From: a virus
Taxonomy: Duplodnaviria > Caudoviricetes
Strand: one strand, 5' to 3'
IMG/VR virus record: IMGVR_UViG_3300049847_000465
Coordinates: 1-28,244 of that record
DNA length: 28,244 nt
Below are positions 15,782 through 26,450 of the stretch, piece by piece. The notes under the pieces are model-generated. The model did not search any database and had not been told where the DNA came from. It was given only the letters and a program-made list of their open reading frames with translations. Position 1 is the first letter of the stretch, and each line of letters opens with the position of its first letter. The translations under genes were made by a program, and so were the position numbers.

Positions 15782-18631
15782 ATGGGCTCAGATTTACGTT
15801 CCAAGCTGGTCATCGAAGGCGACACCAGTGGTGCCTCCAGCGCCGTCAACAAGCTCACCAGCAGCCTGCAGAATCTCAAGAGCCTGGCGCTGGGCGCGCT
15901 GGGGCTGGACGGTCTCGCGCAAAGTGTCAAGACCTATGCAAATACTGCAGACAGTGTGAACAACCTCACGGCCCGCCTGCGCTTGCTGGATACCACCGGT
16001 AGCAATCTCAGAGAGACACTCACACAGCTCAACCTGATCGCCAATCGCAATCAGGTCAGCATCAGTGACTTGGGGCAGACTTACTTTACCGTCGCCAATG
16101 GACTCAGACAGTTCAAGGGCGACAGTCAGGCGGCCTTGCAGATCACCGAGGCCGTCACGGCTGCGCTGCGCATCAGCGGCACCACCGGCGAGCAAGCCAG
16201 CGCTGCACTCCTGCAGTTCGGCCAAGGCCTGCGCAGCAACTTCCAGGGCGATGAGTTTCGCTCCATCACGGAGAATGCGCCGCGTCTGTTAGATGCTGTC
16301 GCCGCTGGACTAGGCAAGAGCACCAGTGAGCTGAAGAAGATGAGCAGCGAAGGCAAGCTCACGGGCGATGTCGTCGGTAATGCATTGATCAAGCAGCTTG
16401 GGGTACTGAAGAACGAAGCGGCCAGCCTGCCGCAAACGGTAGGCGGCTCATTCGAGCTGGTGAAGAATGCCTTCTTCAACTACATCAAAGCCACTGATGA
16501 AGCCACAGGCAAGAGCCGCACGATGGCTGCTGTGCTCCGAACGATTGCAGATAACCTGCCCGCCATCATTGATGGCATGACCAAGCTGGGTCTGATCATC
16601 GGCGCGCTTGGCTTCGCACGCTTGGCAGCCTCAATGGCAGCCTATGTCACGGTCACTGCCGCTGCGACCGCAGGCACCTCGCTACTCGCAGGTGCCACGG
16701 CTTTCTTGATGGGCTTGATTGGTGGCCCGGTAGGCTTAGTTGTGTTGCTGGGCACCCTGGCTGCAGCTTGGTTTCTGGCAGGTAAATCTGCAGATGACTA
16801 CAGCAAAAAATCCAGCGCTGCCCTACAGGCCAATAAGGCAGCATTGCAAGAAAAAGCCAAGAGTGCTTTCTACAATCGTGCTGCTCTGTTAGATGAGGTC
16901 AAACAGATTGATGATGAGTTGGCCAAGCGCGGGGCGGATGATGAATTCACTCGGGAGGCGCGGCGTGGTCAATCGGGCGCCAGTACATTAGGCGGCTTGA
17001 AAAGCGCCCTAAGCCTTGAGCAGCTTGCTAACGATTTCAAGACTGCCACCAGTATTCGAAAAAAATATGCAGATGACATCAAGAAAATTGATCAGGCGCT
17101 GGCCAATGATCGTGAACGTGCCGCTGGCGACCCAATCAAGATTCGTGAGTACGAGCGAGATGCTGCCGAGAAGAAAAAAGCCGCTCAAAAGGAGCGTGAT
17201 GATGGTTTGAACTCATTGGTAAAAAATGGTATCACTACTCGGATTGAGCAATACAAAGCAGAGTATCAGCAAACACTAGAGTTGGCGGGCGATGCCATTA
17301 GCCGTGAGAAGGCGCTCAATGATCAGCGCTATCAGAACAACCTCAAGAGCCTGCAAGCCTACTTCGCTGACAAGAACTTGTTGGATGAAGAGCAGTTTGC
17401 TATTGAGCGTGAGAAGTTAGAGTACACGCTTCGGCGTGAAAAAGCCGTTCTAAAAGAAAATGAAGCCCGCGCTACAAAAGCTAAAACAGCTAATGAAAAG
17501 GATGCTTTTAAAGAGGCAAATTTTGCAAGCGCTCAAAAAATATTAGAAACCGAAACTGCACTGTTGAAGCTGGGGCGCGATCGCGCCGATACTGCCAGCA
17601 TCAATGCCAATGAGCAAGAGCGTGCGCTGCGCGCCATGAAGGACCAGCTGGCTGACCTGCAGCTGCAGAGTAAGCAGTATCGCGGTACCGATACCCTGGG
17701 CGATCATCAAGCTGCCGCCGAACGCCAGTTGCGTCCCGCTCTGGAGCTGCTCAAGCGAGAAGGACAAGATGGCTTGGCGACACAGATACTGGATGATGCC
17801 AAGAACAAGCAGGCGATAGATTTTCTGGAGCAGGCTTACAACCGGCTCTATGCCAGTCTGCAATCCTCTGAGGCAGAGCTTCAGAACTTGCGTGATCGCG
17901 GCCTGTTGACGACGGAAGAAACTCAGAACCGTATGTTGCAAGGTCGTGCAGGCGCGATACCGCAGCTAGAAGAGTTGCTCAATCAGCTGCGTGCCATTGC
18001 TGCCACGGCAGGGCCTGAGACACAGCAGCGCGTAGTGCAGCTCGGGCAGAAGGTTGACGATCTCAAGCGCCCGATTGATACGCTCAATTCAGACATCAAG
18101 CGCGCGGCGACCTCCGAGCTGGCGAACTTCTTCGTTGACTTGGGCAATAGCGCCACTTCTGCGGGCGACAAGATCAAGGCTCTCGCGGCAAACTTCGCCA
18201 AGGCCGTCGCGCAGATCATTGCGCAGCGCTTGGCATTGAAAGCGGTAGAGGCTATCGCCAGCGCCTATGGTTTCCACTCCGGCGGCGTCGTCGGCAGTGG
18301 CCAGGGCTTTCAACGCCGTGGGCTGGATGCAGGCATCTTCGCTGTCGCGCCGCGTTATCACTCCGGTGGCATCGCAGGCCTGGGCCCCAATGAAGTACCT
18401 GCCGTCCTGCAAAAAGGCGAAGAGGTCATCACTGCACGTGACCCGCGTCATCGCAACAATCGCGGCACGATGCTGGGCGATGTCAATCTCTCGGTGACCA
18501 TCAATGGGGCCAGCGATACCTCACAAGCCCCCGCAGCGGCACAAGACTTGAAGAACGTGATTGACGGTGCCATCGGTGCCTGGGCGATTCGTCAGTCGCG
18601 CCCTGGTGGCATGTTGCACGGGAGTCGCTAA
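15782..18631 (+). CDS. Tail tape measure protein
   Basis: 949 aa with tape-measure domain (AALLQFGQGL..FQGDEFRSITENAPRL), hydrophobic segment, long helical region and C-terminal FHSGG...EVPAVLQKGEEV. Confidence 0.95.
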   Translation: MGSDLRSKLVIEGDTSGASSAVNKLTSSLQNLKSLALGALGLDGLAQSVKTYANTADSVNNLTARLRLLDTTGSNLRETLTQLNLIANRNQVSISDLGQTYFTVANGLRQFKGDSQAALQITEAVTAALRISGTTGEQASAALLQFGQGLRSNFQGDEFRSITENAPRLLDAVAAGLGKSTSELKKMSSEGKLTGDVVGNALIKQLGVLKNEAASLPQTVGGSFELVKNAFFNYIKATDEATGKSRTMAAVLRTIADNLPAIIDGMTKLGLIIGALGFARLAASMAAYVTVTAAATAGTSLLAGATAFLMGLIGGPVGLVVLLGTLAAAWFLAGKSADDYSKKSSAALQANKAALQEKAKSAFYNRAALLDEVKQIDDELAKRGADDEFTREARRGQSGASTLGGLKSALSLEQLANDFKTATSIRKKYADDIKKIDQALANDRERAAGDPIKIREYERDAAEKKKAAQKERDDGLNSLVKNGITTRIEQYKAEYQQTLELAGDAISREKALNDQRYQNNLKSLQAYFADKNLLDEEQFAIEREKLEYTLRREKAVLKENEARATKAKTANEKDAFKEANFASAQKILETETALLKLGRDRADTASINANEQERALRAMKDQLADLQLQSKQYRGTDTLGDHQAAAERQLRPALELLKREGQDGLATQILDDAKNKQAIDFLEQAYNRLYASLQSSEAELQNLRDRGLLTTEETQNRMLQGRAGAIPQLEELLNQLRAIAATAGPETQQRVVQLGQKVDDLKRPIDTLNSDIKRAATSELANFFVDLGNSATSAGDKIKALAANFAKAVAQIIAQRLALKAVEAIASAYGFHSGGVVGSGQGFQRRGLDAGIFAVAPRYHSGGIAGLGPNEVPAVLQKGEEVITARDPRHRNNRGTMLGDVNLSVTINGASDTSQAPAAAQDLKNVIDGAIGAWAIRQSRPGGMLHGSR

Positions 18632-18633
18632 TC

Positions 18634-18987
18634 ATGGCCCTCGCCGTATACGACTGGGTAGAGAGCAACAGCAGCGCCGTGACTGTCAAGCCGCGCACCG
18701 TGAGCATTCAGTATGGCGACGGCTATGAGCAGCGCGCGCCCGATGGTATCAATACCCGCACTGAGCAATGGACGGTGTTGCACAACATGACCGATCCCCA
18801 GATCGCAATGGACATTGATGCCTTCCTCACGGCTCGCAACGGTGTAGAGGCCTTTGAATGGTGGCCACGCTGGGCGACAGCGGCTATCAAGGTGAAGTGC
18901 ACCAGCTGGAACCTGGTGCATCGTGAGCAAGGCGTGATCGCGGCGGTGGACATCACGGCAGTGTTCGAGAGGGTCTACGCGCCATGA
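18634..18987 (+). CDS. Minor tail protein, lambda gpM-like (distal tail)
   Basis: YGDGYEQRAPDGIN, IDAFL...G..AFEW and terminal FERV motifs. Confidence 0.92.
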   Translation: MALAVYDWVESNSSAVTVKPRTVSIQYGDGYEQRAPDGINTRTEQWTVLHNMTDPQIAMDIDAFLTARNGVEAFEWWPRWATAAIKVKCTSWNLVHREQGVIAAVDITAVFERVYAP

Positions 18988-19688
18988 GCATTGATGATCA
19001 AGTCTTTGGGCTGGAGCTGGATGCAACCATTGAGTTGTTCGTGCTGGACTGCACGGGCATTGGCGGCAGCGTGCTGCGCTTTTGCAATGAAGTGAATCAG
19101 CTGCAGCAGCCCGTCGTGTGGCAAGGGCTGACCTATACCCCTTACCCCATCAAGACGGAGGGCTGGGAACTGACCGGTAACGGCCCCTTGCCCAGGCCCA
19201 AGGTCACCCTATCCAACATGGGCGGCATGATCTGGGCGCTGTCCAAGACCATGACCGTGGAAGACTTCAAGGGCGCGCTCTTTACCCGCAAGCGCACACA
19301 GATGCGTTTTCTGGATGCCGTGAATTTCACAGCGGGTAATGCGCTTGCAGACCCGAACAGTTATTTCCCCGACGATACTTACATCGTCGATAGGCGCAGC
19401 GCAGATGCTTACCCTGACATTCAATACGAGCTGCGCAGCCCGCTGGACTTGCCCGATCGCAAGCTGCCCGCCCGCATGATCACGCAGAATGTCTGCGCCT
19501 GGAAAGAGTATCGAGATAGTGACTGCGGCTATACCGGCACCAACTATTTCGACATCAACAATCAGCCAGTAGCAACACCCGCCCTGGATCGCTGCAACAA
19601 GAGCTACAGCGCCTGCAAGCTGCGCTTTCCTGCGCCTCAGAGTGTGCGCTTTGGGGCCTACCCCGCTGTCAGCATTGTGAGGGCCTGA
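18984..19688 (+). CDS. Minor tail protein, lambda gpL-like
   Basis: WQG..Y..YPI, RPKVTLSN, RFLDAVNF and C-terminal Cys cluster (CAW..YR..DCGY...DRCNK...ACKLRF). Confidence 0.95.
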   Translation: MSIDDQVFGLELDATIELFVLDCTGIGGSVLRFCNEVNQLQQPVVWQGLTYTPYPIKTEGWELTGNGPLPRPKVTLSNMGGMIWALSKTMTVEDFKGALFTRKRTQMRFLDAVNFTAGNALADPNSYFPDDTYIVDRRSADAYPDIQYELRSPLDLPDRKLPARMITQNVCAWKEYRDSDCGYTGTNYFDINNQPVATPALDRCNKSYSACKLRFPAPQSVRFGAYPAVSIVRA

Positions 19689-20440
19689 TGGAAGCGATCT
19701 TCATGCCCACATTGCCTGAGCTGCATGTCTTCATGCGGGCGCATGCGAACACGGTGCATCCGCAGGAAGCCTGCGGCCTGATCGTGCAGGTAGATGACAA
19801 GCTGGCCTATCTCAAGTGCCGCAATGTCGCTGATGCGCCGAACGATTACTTTCGTATCCATCCGGAAGACTACGCCTATGCCGAGGACTTGGGTGAGCTG
19901 CGTTATGTAGTGCATAGCCACCCCAATGCCAGCGCGAACCCCAGCGAGGCTGACAGGGTGATGTGTACCGCCAGTGGTGTGCCCTGGCTGATACTAGGCG
20001 GCGATACCTTTGAGGCGATCGTGACGGTAGAGCCAGGCTACAGCGCACCGCTCAAGGGCCGTCAGTTTGTGCACGGCATTGTGGACTGCTACACGCTCGT
20101 GCGTGACTACTACGCGCAAGTGCTCAACATCAACCTACCCAATTTCAAACGGGCAGATGATTGGTGGGTAGAAGGCGCGAATCGGCAGAACCTGTACCTG
20201 GATCATTTCGCTGAGGCGGGCTTTGTGGTGGTCAACGAGCTGCCGCGTGAGCACGATGGCATCTTGATGACGATCCGCTCTCAGGTACCTAACCATGCCG
20301 CCGTCATGCTGGGCAATGGCAATGTATTGCATCACCTGCATGGGCACCTGAGCTGCGAAGAGCCCTATGGTTATTTCTACCGCCATCGCACCAGCCTGGT
20401 CGTGCGTCATCAATCACTGCTCGGGAGTGTTTATGCGTGA
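19688..20440 (+). CDS. Tail tip assembly protein, lambda gpK-like (JAB + NlpC/P60)
   Basis: P.EACG and HSHP....PSEADR (JAB); DCYTLVRDYY and NHAAV...LHH (NlpC/P60). Start may be ATG 19703. Confidence 0.95.
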   Translation: MEAIFMPTLPELHVFMRAHANTVHPQEACGLIVQVDDKLAYLKCRNVADAPNDYFRIHPEDYAYAEDLGELRYVVHSHPNASANPSEADRVMCTASGVPWLILGGDTFEAIVTVEPGYSAPLKGRQFVHGIVDCYTLVRDYYAQVLNINLPNFKRADDWWVEGANRQNLYLDHFAEAGFVVVNELPREHDGILMTIRSQVPNHAAVMLGNGNVLHHLHGHLSCEEPYGYFYRHRTSLVVRHQSLLGSVYA

Positions 20441-21062
20441 GGTGCGCCTATACGGCTGGCTGGGCCGTGAGTTCGGTCGCGTGCATCACTTTGTAGTGAG
20501 TACGCCTGCTGAGGCCATCGCTGCCCTCTCAGCCAACTTCCCACGCTTCAAGGCGGCATTGATGCAGCGTAATCAGCCGGGTTATCACGTCTTCACTGGT
20601 AAGCGCAATATCAACGAGTCGCAGCTCAAACAGATAGCCTCTGATGAGCTTGTCATCAAGATCATCCCCGCTATTGCCGGTGCGAAACAAGGTGTTCTGC
20701 AGACAATTCTAGGCATTGTGTTAATTGCTGTAGGTGTGTACTTTGAGCAGCCGTGGTTGATACAGATGGGTGCAGCAATGGCTTTCGGCGGTGTAGCACA
20801 AATGCTCGCGCCCCAGCCCAAGCTCAAGGACAACAACGAGAAGCCAGAAAATAAACCGAGCTACTTCTTTGATGGCCCCGTGAATACGACAGGTCAGGGC
20901 TTGCCTGTGCCCGTGCTCTATGGTCGCCTGGTCGTCGGCAGCGCTGTGATCTACAGCGCGATCAAGGTGGATGAGTACATCAGCGCGACACCGCCTGTTT
21001 CGCCGCCGATACCTAACATGCCCTTCTATCTCTCTCGCAATCCTTTGGCGGTAACTGCCTGA
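20433..21062 (+). CDS. Tail assembly protein, lambda gpI-like
   Basis: MREVRLYGWLGREFGR, IIPAIAGAK and SYFFDGPVNTTGQGLPVPVLYG motifs. ATG 20433 follows GGGAG. Confidence 0.93.
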   Translation: MREVRLYGWLGREFGRVHHFVVSTPAEAIAALSANFPRFKAALMQRNQPGYHVFTGKRNINESQLKQIASDELVIKIIPAIAGAKQGVLQTILGIVLIAVGVYFEQPWLIQMGAAMAFGGVAQMLAPQPKLKDNNEKPENKPSYFFDGPVNTTGQGLPVPVLYGRLVVGSAVIYSAIKVDEYISATPPVSPPIPNMPFYLSRNPLAVTA

Positions 21063-21063
21063 T

Positions 21064-24000
21064 ATGAAGCTCAGTGATCTGCCATTGGAAGTGCTGGAAG
21101 GCGCAGGCGGCGGTAAGGATGCCGGCAGTGCACGCACGCCTGTTGAAGCGCCGGACAACCTGCGCAGCAAGGCCTTCGCCAAGATCATTGATCTGGTCAG
21201 TGAAGGCGAAATTGTTGGCCTGACCAATGGCCTCAAATCCATCTATCTCGATGGTGTGGCCCTACAAAATGCCGACAACAGCTACAACTTCCAGAACGTA
21301 TCAATAGGCACTACCGTAGGCGTTAGCAGCCAGGCACCCCTACCCGGATTCAGCGATGTAGAGCAGGAGATCAATGTCGCGGTGGAGATCAAGGCAGCAG
21401 TGCCTGCGACACGCACTATCATCAATAGCGGCGTGAATGCAGCGCGGGTGTTGATGAGCTTCCCCGGCCTGCAGACAGTGAACAACACGAATGGCGACAT
21501 CACCGGTGCGACCGTAACGATGGCCATTGAGGTGCAGAGCAATGGCGGTGGTTTCGTACAGAAGTGGCAGGGCACCATCTCGGGCAAGACCACTAGCAGC
21601 TATCAGCGCAGCGTGACTATTCAACTCGCCGGTGGTGGCCCTTACGATATACGAGTCAAGCGCATTACGCAAGATACCAACACCAACACGATCACAGACA
21701 AGAGCTACTGGGCCAGCTACACCGAGATCACCGAGGGCAACCTCAGTTATCCGAATTCGGCGATGGTGGGGCTCATGATAGATGCGCAGCAGTTCTCACG
21801 CATACCCGTGCGAGGTTATGACCTGATGGGTCGCATCATTCAGGTGCCGAATAATTACGACCCGATCACGCGCGTTTATACGGGGACGTGGAGCGGCACT
21901 TTCAAGCTCGCCTGGACGGATAACCCGGCGTGGGTGGTATACGACCTCGCGACGAATCCGCGCTATGGGCTGGGCCGCTTCGCCAACATCGTGCCGGATA
22001 AATGGTCGCTGTACAGCATCGCGCAATACTGTGATGCGCTGGTTGCTGATGGCTTTGGTGGCCAAGAGCCGCGCTTCACCTGCAGCCTGTACCTGCAGCA
22101 GCCTGAAGAGTCGCTCAAGGTGCTGCGTGATCTATGCTCCATCTTTCGCGGCATGGCCATCTGGGCAGGCGCGCAGTTGTCTTTCATGCAGGATGCGCCG
22201 CAGGACATCTCGGCCATCTATACGCAGGCTAATATCGTCGGGGGTATCCCGCGTTACGAGGGCGCATCGGCTAGCTCACAGCACACGGTAGCCATCGTCG
22301 CGTGGAATGACCCCGGCGATTTGTACCGTCAGCGACATGAGTATGTCGATGCCGATGATCTCGAAAAAGGCTTGATGGCCAAGTATGGCTACAACCCTAC
22401 GCAGATCATTGCGCTGGGCGCTACGTCGCGCGGGCAGGCGCGCCGCATTGGTCGTTGGCTGATCTACTCGGAGATATACGAGCAGGAGATCGTGAATTTT
22501 GAGGTGGGGCTTGAAGGCATAAAGTCTCTGCCTGGTCAGACCTTCCAGCTGCATGACACCAATCGTGCAGGAGCACGCATGGGTGGGCGCATCAGTAATG
22601 CATCGGCTACACAGATCGTGCTGGACAAGGCAGTAACGCTTGACCCAGGCACCACCTATACCCTGACTTGTATTGTGCCTGGGCCGCCTCGCCCGCAAAC
22701 ACGTCAGATAATCACAGGCGCGGGTACAACGGCCACGCTCAATGTCTTCCCGGCTTTTGATGCGGTGCCGATCGCGCAGAGTGTGTGGATACTGGCCAGT
22801 GCAAACCTGCAACCCACGACATGGCGCTGCATCAACGTCAAGCCTGTTGATGGGAAGAAGAATGTCTACTCCATCACCGGCCTGAGCTACCACCCCAGCA
22901 AGTACGGCCTGATTGAAAGTAACCTCAAGCTTGAAAAGGCCAAGGTCACCCGCCTGAGCGCGCAAGCGCTGACGCCTACCGGCCTGATCCTCAGTGAGAG
23001 CTTGTACATCGACAAGCAGGGCCGTGTGAAATCACGCCTGACCATCAGCTGGAAAGCGGGTGAGCTGGGTGAGCTATATCAGGTAAGCTATCGCCGCCTG
23101 GACACGCAGTGGAATGTGATGCCCTTCACCTCTTCAGTATCCGTCGATATTGATGATGTGGATACGGTGCTCTACAGCATTGAAGTGCGGGCCATGAATA
23201 GCCTGGGCCGTGTGTCTCTGCCCGTGACGGGCAGCATCACGATCGTAGGTAAGCTTGCGCCGCCTTCCAATGTCAGCAGTCTGTCCTACGGGCTGGAAGA
23301 GTTCGGTGTACGCCTGAGCTGGCCCGATATCCCAGACTTGGATCGCCAGGACTACATCCTGCGTGTGGGTGCATCGTTTGATGGAGGAGCGCCGCTTGAA
23401 GGCAGTACCGAGACGATTGTCTCAGGCACTAATTATCTGTGGCGTGTGAAGTCAGCCGGTACGCGCAAGGTCTGGATCAAGGCGCGTGATGACGGTAATC
23501 GTGTTTCACTGCAAGCAACATCGGTAGATGTGGTGATCGCTGCCTCGGCAGCCCCAAACAATATCTCAGCCAGCTTCTCCGGCCCCAACTATGTACTGAG
23601 CTGGCCAACCGTTTACAGCGCCTTCAAAACCAGCCGCTACCGCGTGCGTCGTGGCCTGGTGTTTGCCACGGCAGCCCTCATCAATGAGCCTCTGATCAAT
23701 CGCTTTGAAGCCAAGTGCGACTGGCTGGACACCGAGCGCTTCTGGATCAGCGTCGTGGATGTGGCTGAGAATGAAGGCGCTGCCGTGTCGGTTGATCTGG
23801 CCGCGCCTGCGCCCGGTGTCGTGACAGGTCTTGATGCCAAAGTCTCTGACAACAACATCAACTTCTACTGGACTAAGCCCGCCTCAGTGCTGCCCATCGC
23901 CCTGTTCGACATCAAGAAGGGCGCAACCTTTGCTACAGCAGTCAGCATCGGTACCAAGCCTGGCGACCACAGCTTCATGACCTATGGTGGCGAGCTGGTG

Positions 24001-24807
24001 GCTGCGACGAACCTGTACTGGTTCCGCGCGCAGAACTCTGCGGGCCAGTGGGGCTCCGTCACCAGCATCCAGGTGACCAATGGCCCCGTGCCTGACTTCG
24101 TGCTCCGCAGTGAGATCAATACGGATTTCAGTACGGGCACCAAGATCAACACTATCCTGAGCGCCGCCAAGCTCACCACGCCACGCGCCTCGCGCACCTG
24201 GCATAGCCGCTTCTCGCCCAACGGCTGGACGAATGTTGCGCAGAAAATCGCAGCAGGCTTCACGCTCTACGCGCAGCCTACGGCGCTTACGGGTAGCTAT
24301 GAAGAGACGGTGGACTATGGCACAGCCCTGGGCATAACGACCATCAACGTAGACCTGCAGCTCACACAAATCGTGGGCACCGTCACGCCTTCGGTGCAGA
24401 TTGCTTACAAGACCTTGGCCGGTGACCCGTGGACGCTGGCACCCGTAGGCTCTACCGTGCTGGCTACGAACTTCCGCTACGTGCGCTACACCATCAGCTT
24501 CGCAGGCAGCGACAACAAAGCGCTCGCGCGAGTTGAGCGGTTGCTGTTCAGGCTAAGCCTCAAGAACCGTCGTGACAACGGCAGCGTCAACGCCTTGGCA
24601 ACAGACACCAATGGCACCCGTGTGTTCTTCAACACCGCCTTTGCTAGTGTCACCTCACGTCAGTTTTCACCGAATGACCTGAACGCCGTGGCTGTCACCA
24701 GCACGCTCCAAGCAGGCGCGAATCCCACGTACATGGATGTCAAGGTGTATGACAAGAACGGCTCGCGCCTCAGTTGCGCTGTGGACTGGACTGTAGAAGG
24801 ACAATAA
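21064..24807 (+). CDS. Central tail fibre / host specificity protein, lambda gpJ-like
   Basis: GAGGGK, DLVSEGEI.GL, W.GTFKLAWTDNPAW and EPRFTC motifs, Fn3-like repeats and a divergent C-terminus. Confidence 0.95.
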   Translation: MKLSDLPLEVLEGAGGGKDAGSARTPVEAPDNLRSKAFAKIIDLVSEGEIVGLTNGLKSIYLDGVALQNADNSYNFQNVSIGTTVGVSSQAPLPGFSDVEQEINVAVEIKAAVPATRTIINSGVNAARVLMSFPGLQTVNNTNGDITGATVTMAIEVQSNGGGFVQKWQGTISGKTTSSYQRSVTIQLAGGGPYDIRVKRITQDTNTNTITDKSYWASYTEITEGNLSYPNSAMVGLMIDAQQFSRIPVRGYDLMGRIIQVPNNYDPITRVYTGTWSGTFKLAWTDNPAWVVYDLATNPRYGLGRFANIVPDKWSLYSIAQYCDALVADGFGGQEPRFTCSLYLQQPEESLKVLRDLCSIFRGMAIWAGAQLSFMQDAPQDISAIYTQANIVGGIPRYEGASASSQHTVAIVAWNDPGDLYRQRHEYVDADDLEKGLMAKYGYNPTQIIALGATSRGQARRIGRWLIYSEIYEQEIVNFEVGLEGIKSLPGQTFQLHDTNRAGARMGGRISNASATQIVLDKAVTLDPGTTYTLTCIVPGPPRPQTRQIITGAGTTATLNVFPAFDAVPIAQSVWILASANLQPTTWRCINVKPVDGKKNVYSITGLSYHPSKYGLIESNLKLEKAKVTRLSAQALTPTGLILSESLYIDKQGRVKSRLTISWKAGELGELYQVSYRRLDTQWNVMPFTSSVSVDIDDVDTVLYSIEVRAMNSLGRVSLPVTGSITIVGKLAPPSNVSSLSYGLEEFGVRLSWPDIPDLDRQDYILRVGASFDGGAPLEGSTETIVSGTNYLWRVKSAGTRKVWIKARDDGNRVSLQATSVDVVIAASAAPNNISASFSGPNYVLSWPTVYSAFKTSRYRVRRGLVFATAALINEPLINRFEAKCDWLDTERFWISVVDVAENEGAAVSVDLAAPAPGVVTGLDAKVSDNNINFYWTKPASVLPIALFDIKKGATFATAVSIGTKPGDHSFMTYGGELVAATNLYWFRAQNSAGQWGSVTSIQVTNGPVPDFVLRSEINTDFSTGTKINTILSAAKLTTPRASRTWHSRFSPNGWTNVAQKIAAGFTLYAQPTALTGSYEETVDYGTALGITTINVDLQLTQIVGTVTPSVQIAYKTLAGDPWTLAPVGSTVLATNFRYVRYTISFAGSDNKALARVERLLFRLSLKNRRDNGSVNALATDTNGTRVFFNTAFASVTSRQFSPNDLNAVAVTSTLQAGANPTYMDVKVYDKNGSRLSCAVDWTVEGQ

Positions 24808-26037
24808 ATGAGTATCGATTTTTCAAAACCTACCGCCGGTGGCACTGATTTAGAGGAGGATATCCTCACGGAGTTGCGGCTGAGTAAGGCGGCTCTGGGT
24901 AAATGGTTTGAGGGTGAAACCCTCACCAATGCGCCCGTTGGTACCAAGCGCTGGACGAACCGCCCTGAGCGCTTCGATGGTACGGCATGGCAAGCTGCTG
25001 ATATGAGCGGCATGCCCTTCCAAGCGGTGTTGGGCTTCACGCCCATTAACAAGGCGGGCGATACGGGCGTAGGTGGTTTACAGGGCGGCTCTTTTATCGC
25101 GACAGGAACTAGCGTCGGAGAGGCCAGATTATCTCCCGGTTCAGCAGCTGCTACTGGCTATGTGGAGTTCTACAATCCGGCGCATAGTGCGCGCATTGGT
25201 TTCATCGGCTTCGCTGGAAACACCGGGCCAATTCTGTACTCGGGGATAGGGGGCCACCAGTTTGATAACCCTATTACAGTATCCAGCGCTGGGGTGGATG
25301 TAGAGGGCTTGCTATTGGGTGCTGGTGCAGGCACTGCACGACTGCGCCGTATCTTGTCGGGTGCGAGCTATAACCTGCATCTTGATGCAGCAGCTGGTCA
25401 AGCTACCTACCTCAACTACTACGGTGGTAACAATATCAACTTTGGCAACGGAGCCAATGGGGTGATTGGGGCATTGTCTACAATTGGAGCGCTGTCGGTT
25501 GCCTCAAGTTTAGACAATGGATATGGTGGTGGTGCCGGATACCTAATCCTATCGCGCGGCAATGCTTCACGCACTGGCATCATGGGTGTTTACAGTGCTG
25601 GCAATGTGCGTCAAGGCTTCTTTGGCTACAACGATGGTAATGGTCTTAACTACGATACCGATGGGTATGGCATCCATCTGTTCAACCAAGATGTCCAATT
25701 CAACAGTGGCATCGGTGTTAAGAAGGTGGGCTATCGTGGCGTGCCTCTTAAGGCTGTAGCCTCTGGTTATACATTGATCGCTGGTGATGCTGGTTTGGGT
25801 TTGGCACTGGCAGGCCCAGCAACCATTCCAGCGAATGTGTTAGGAGTATCAGACAACGATGCGGTGATACTCTACAACGATACCGTTGCAGATGTGTTGA
25901 TCACTCAAGGCGCTAGCCTGACACTGCGGAAAGACGGCACGGCACTGACGGGCAATGTGACACTCAAGGCGCGCGGGCGGGCATCAATATGGTTTCGCAG
26001 CGCGACGGAAGCCATCATAGGCGGCGCATTAGTATGA
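24808..26037 (+). CDS. Side tail fibre-like protein
   Basis: Gly-rich 409-aa protein after J, with LGFTPINKAGD motif, two internal repeats and a C-terminal VGYRGVP...YTL...DAG domain seen in phage fibres. Confidence 0.75.
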   Translation: MSIDFSKPTAGGTDLEEDILTELRLSKAALGKWFEGETLTNAPVGTKRWTNRPERFDGTAWQAADMSGMPFQAVLGFTPINKAGDTGVGGLQGGSFIATGTSVGEARLSPGSAAATGYVEFYNPAHSARIGFIGFAGNTGPILYSGIGGHQFDNPITVSSAGVDVEGLLLGAGAGTARLRRILSGASYNLHLDAAAGQATYLNYYGGNNINFGNGANGVIGALSTIGALSVASSLDNGYGGGAGYLILSRGNASRTGIMGVYSAGNVRQGFFGYNDGNGLNYDTDGYGIHLFNQDVQFNSGIGVKKVGYRGVPLKAVASGYTLIAGDAGLGLALAGPATIPANVLGVSDNDAVILYNDTVADVLITQGASLTLRKDGTALTGNVTLKARGRASIWFRSATEAIIGGALV

Positions 26038-26450
26038 GTGGCATCCTGTGTCTTATGGGTGCACTGGGTGCCAACTATTTCGCGCTAATAGGGCTGGCTG
26101 GTGCAAATTGGGATCGCATAGGTACAGGCGGCACTCAGATGAGTTTTGCCACGGATGGCTCTATCAGTTTGGGCGCTGGTGTAACTGGCCCAGCGTCTTG
26201 GGGCTCGCCCATCACTGCAGGAATTGGTAATAACTGGGCTATTCGTGTCACCGTGACTGCGGGAACATTCTCTGGCGGTGCGACAGGCGCATGGCTACCT
26301 CTATCAACAATTAGAACCTACACCTGTAATGCACCACTCAGCAGCTCAAAGTCAGTCACTTTCACATTGGAATATTCACAGGATGGCGGTGCAACCGTCT
26401 TCACTGCCTATACAGGTCTGACCCTCACTAACGATAGGAATCTTAACTAA
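26034..26450 (+). CDS. Putative fibre tip / receptor-binding accessory protein
   Basis: MSGILCLMGALG start, ATGA-coupled to the fibre gene. Small Gly/Thr-rich beta protein. Confidence 0.55.
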   Translation: MSGILCLMGALGANYFALIGLAGANWDRIGTGGTQMSFATDGSISLGAGVTGPASWGSPITAGIGNNWAIRVTVTAGTFSGGATGAWLPLSTIRTYTCNAPLSSSKSVTFTLEYSQDGGATVFTAYTGLTLTNDRNLN

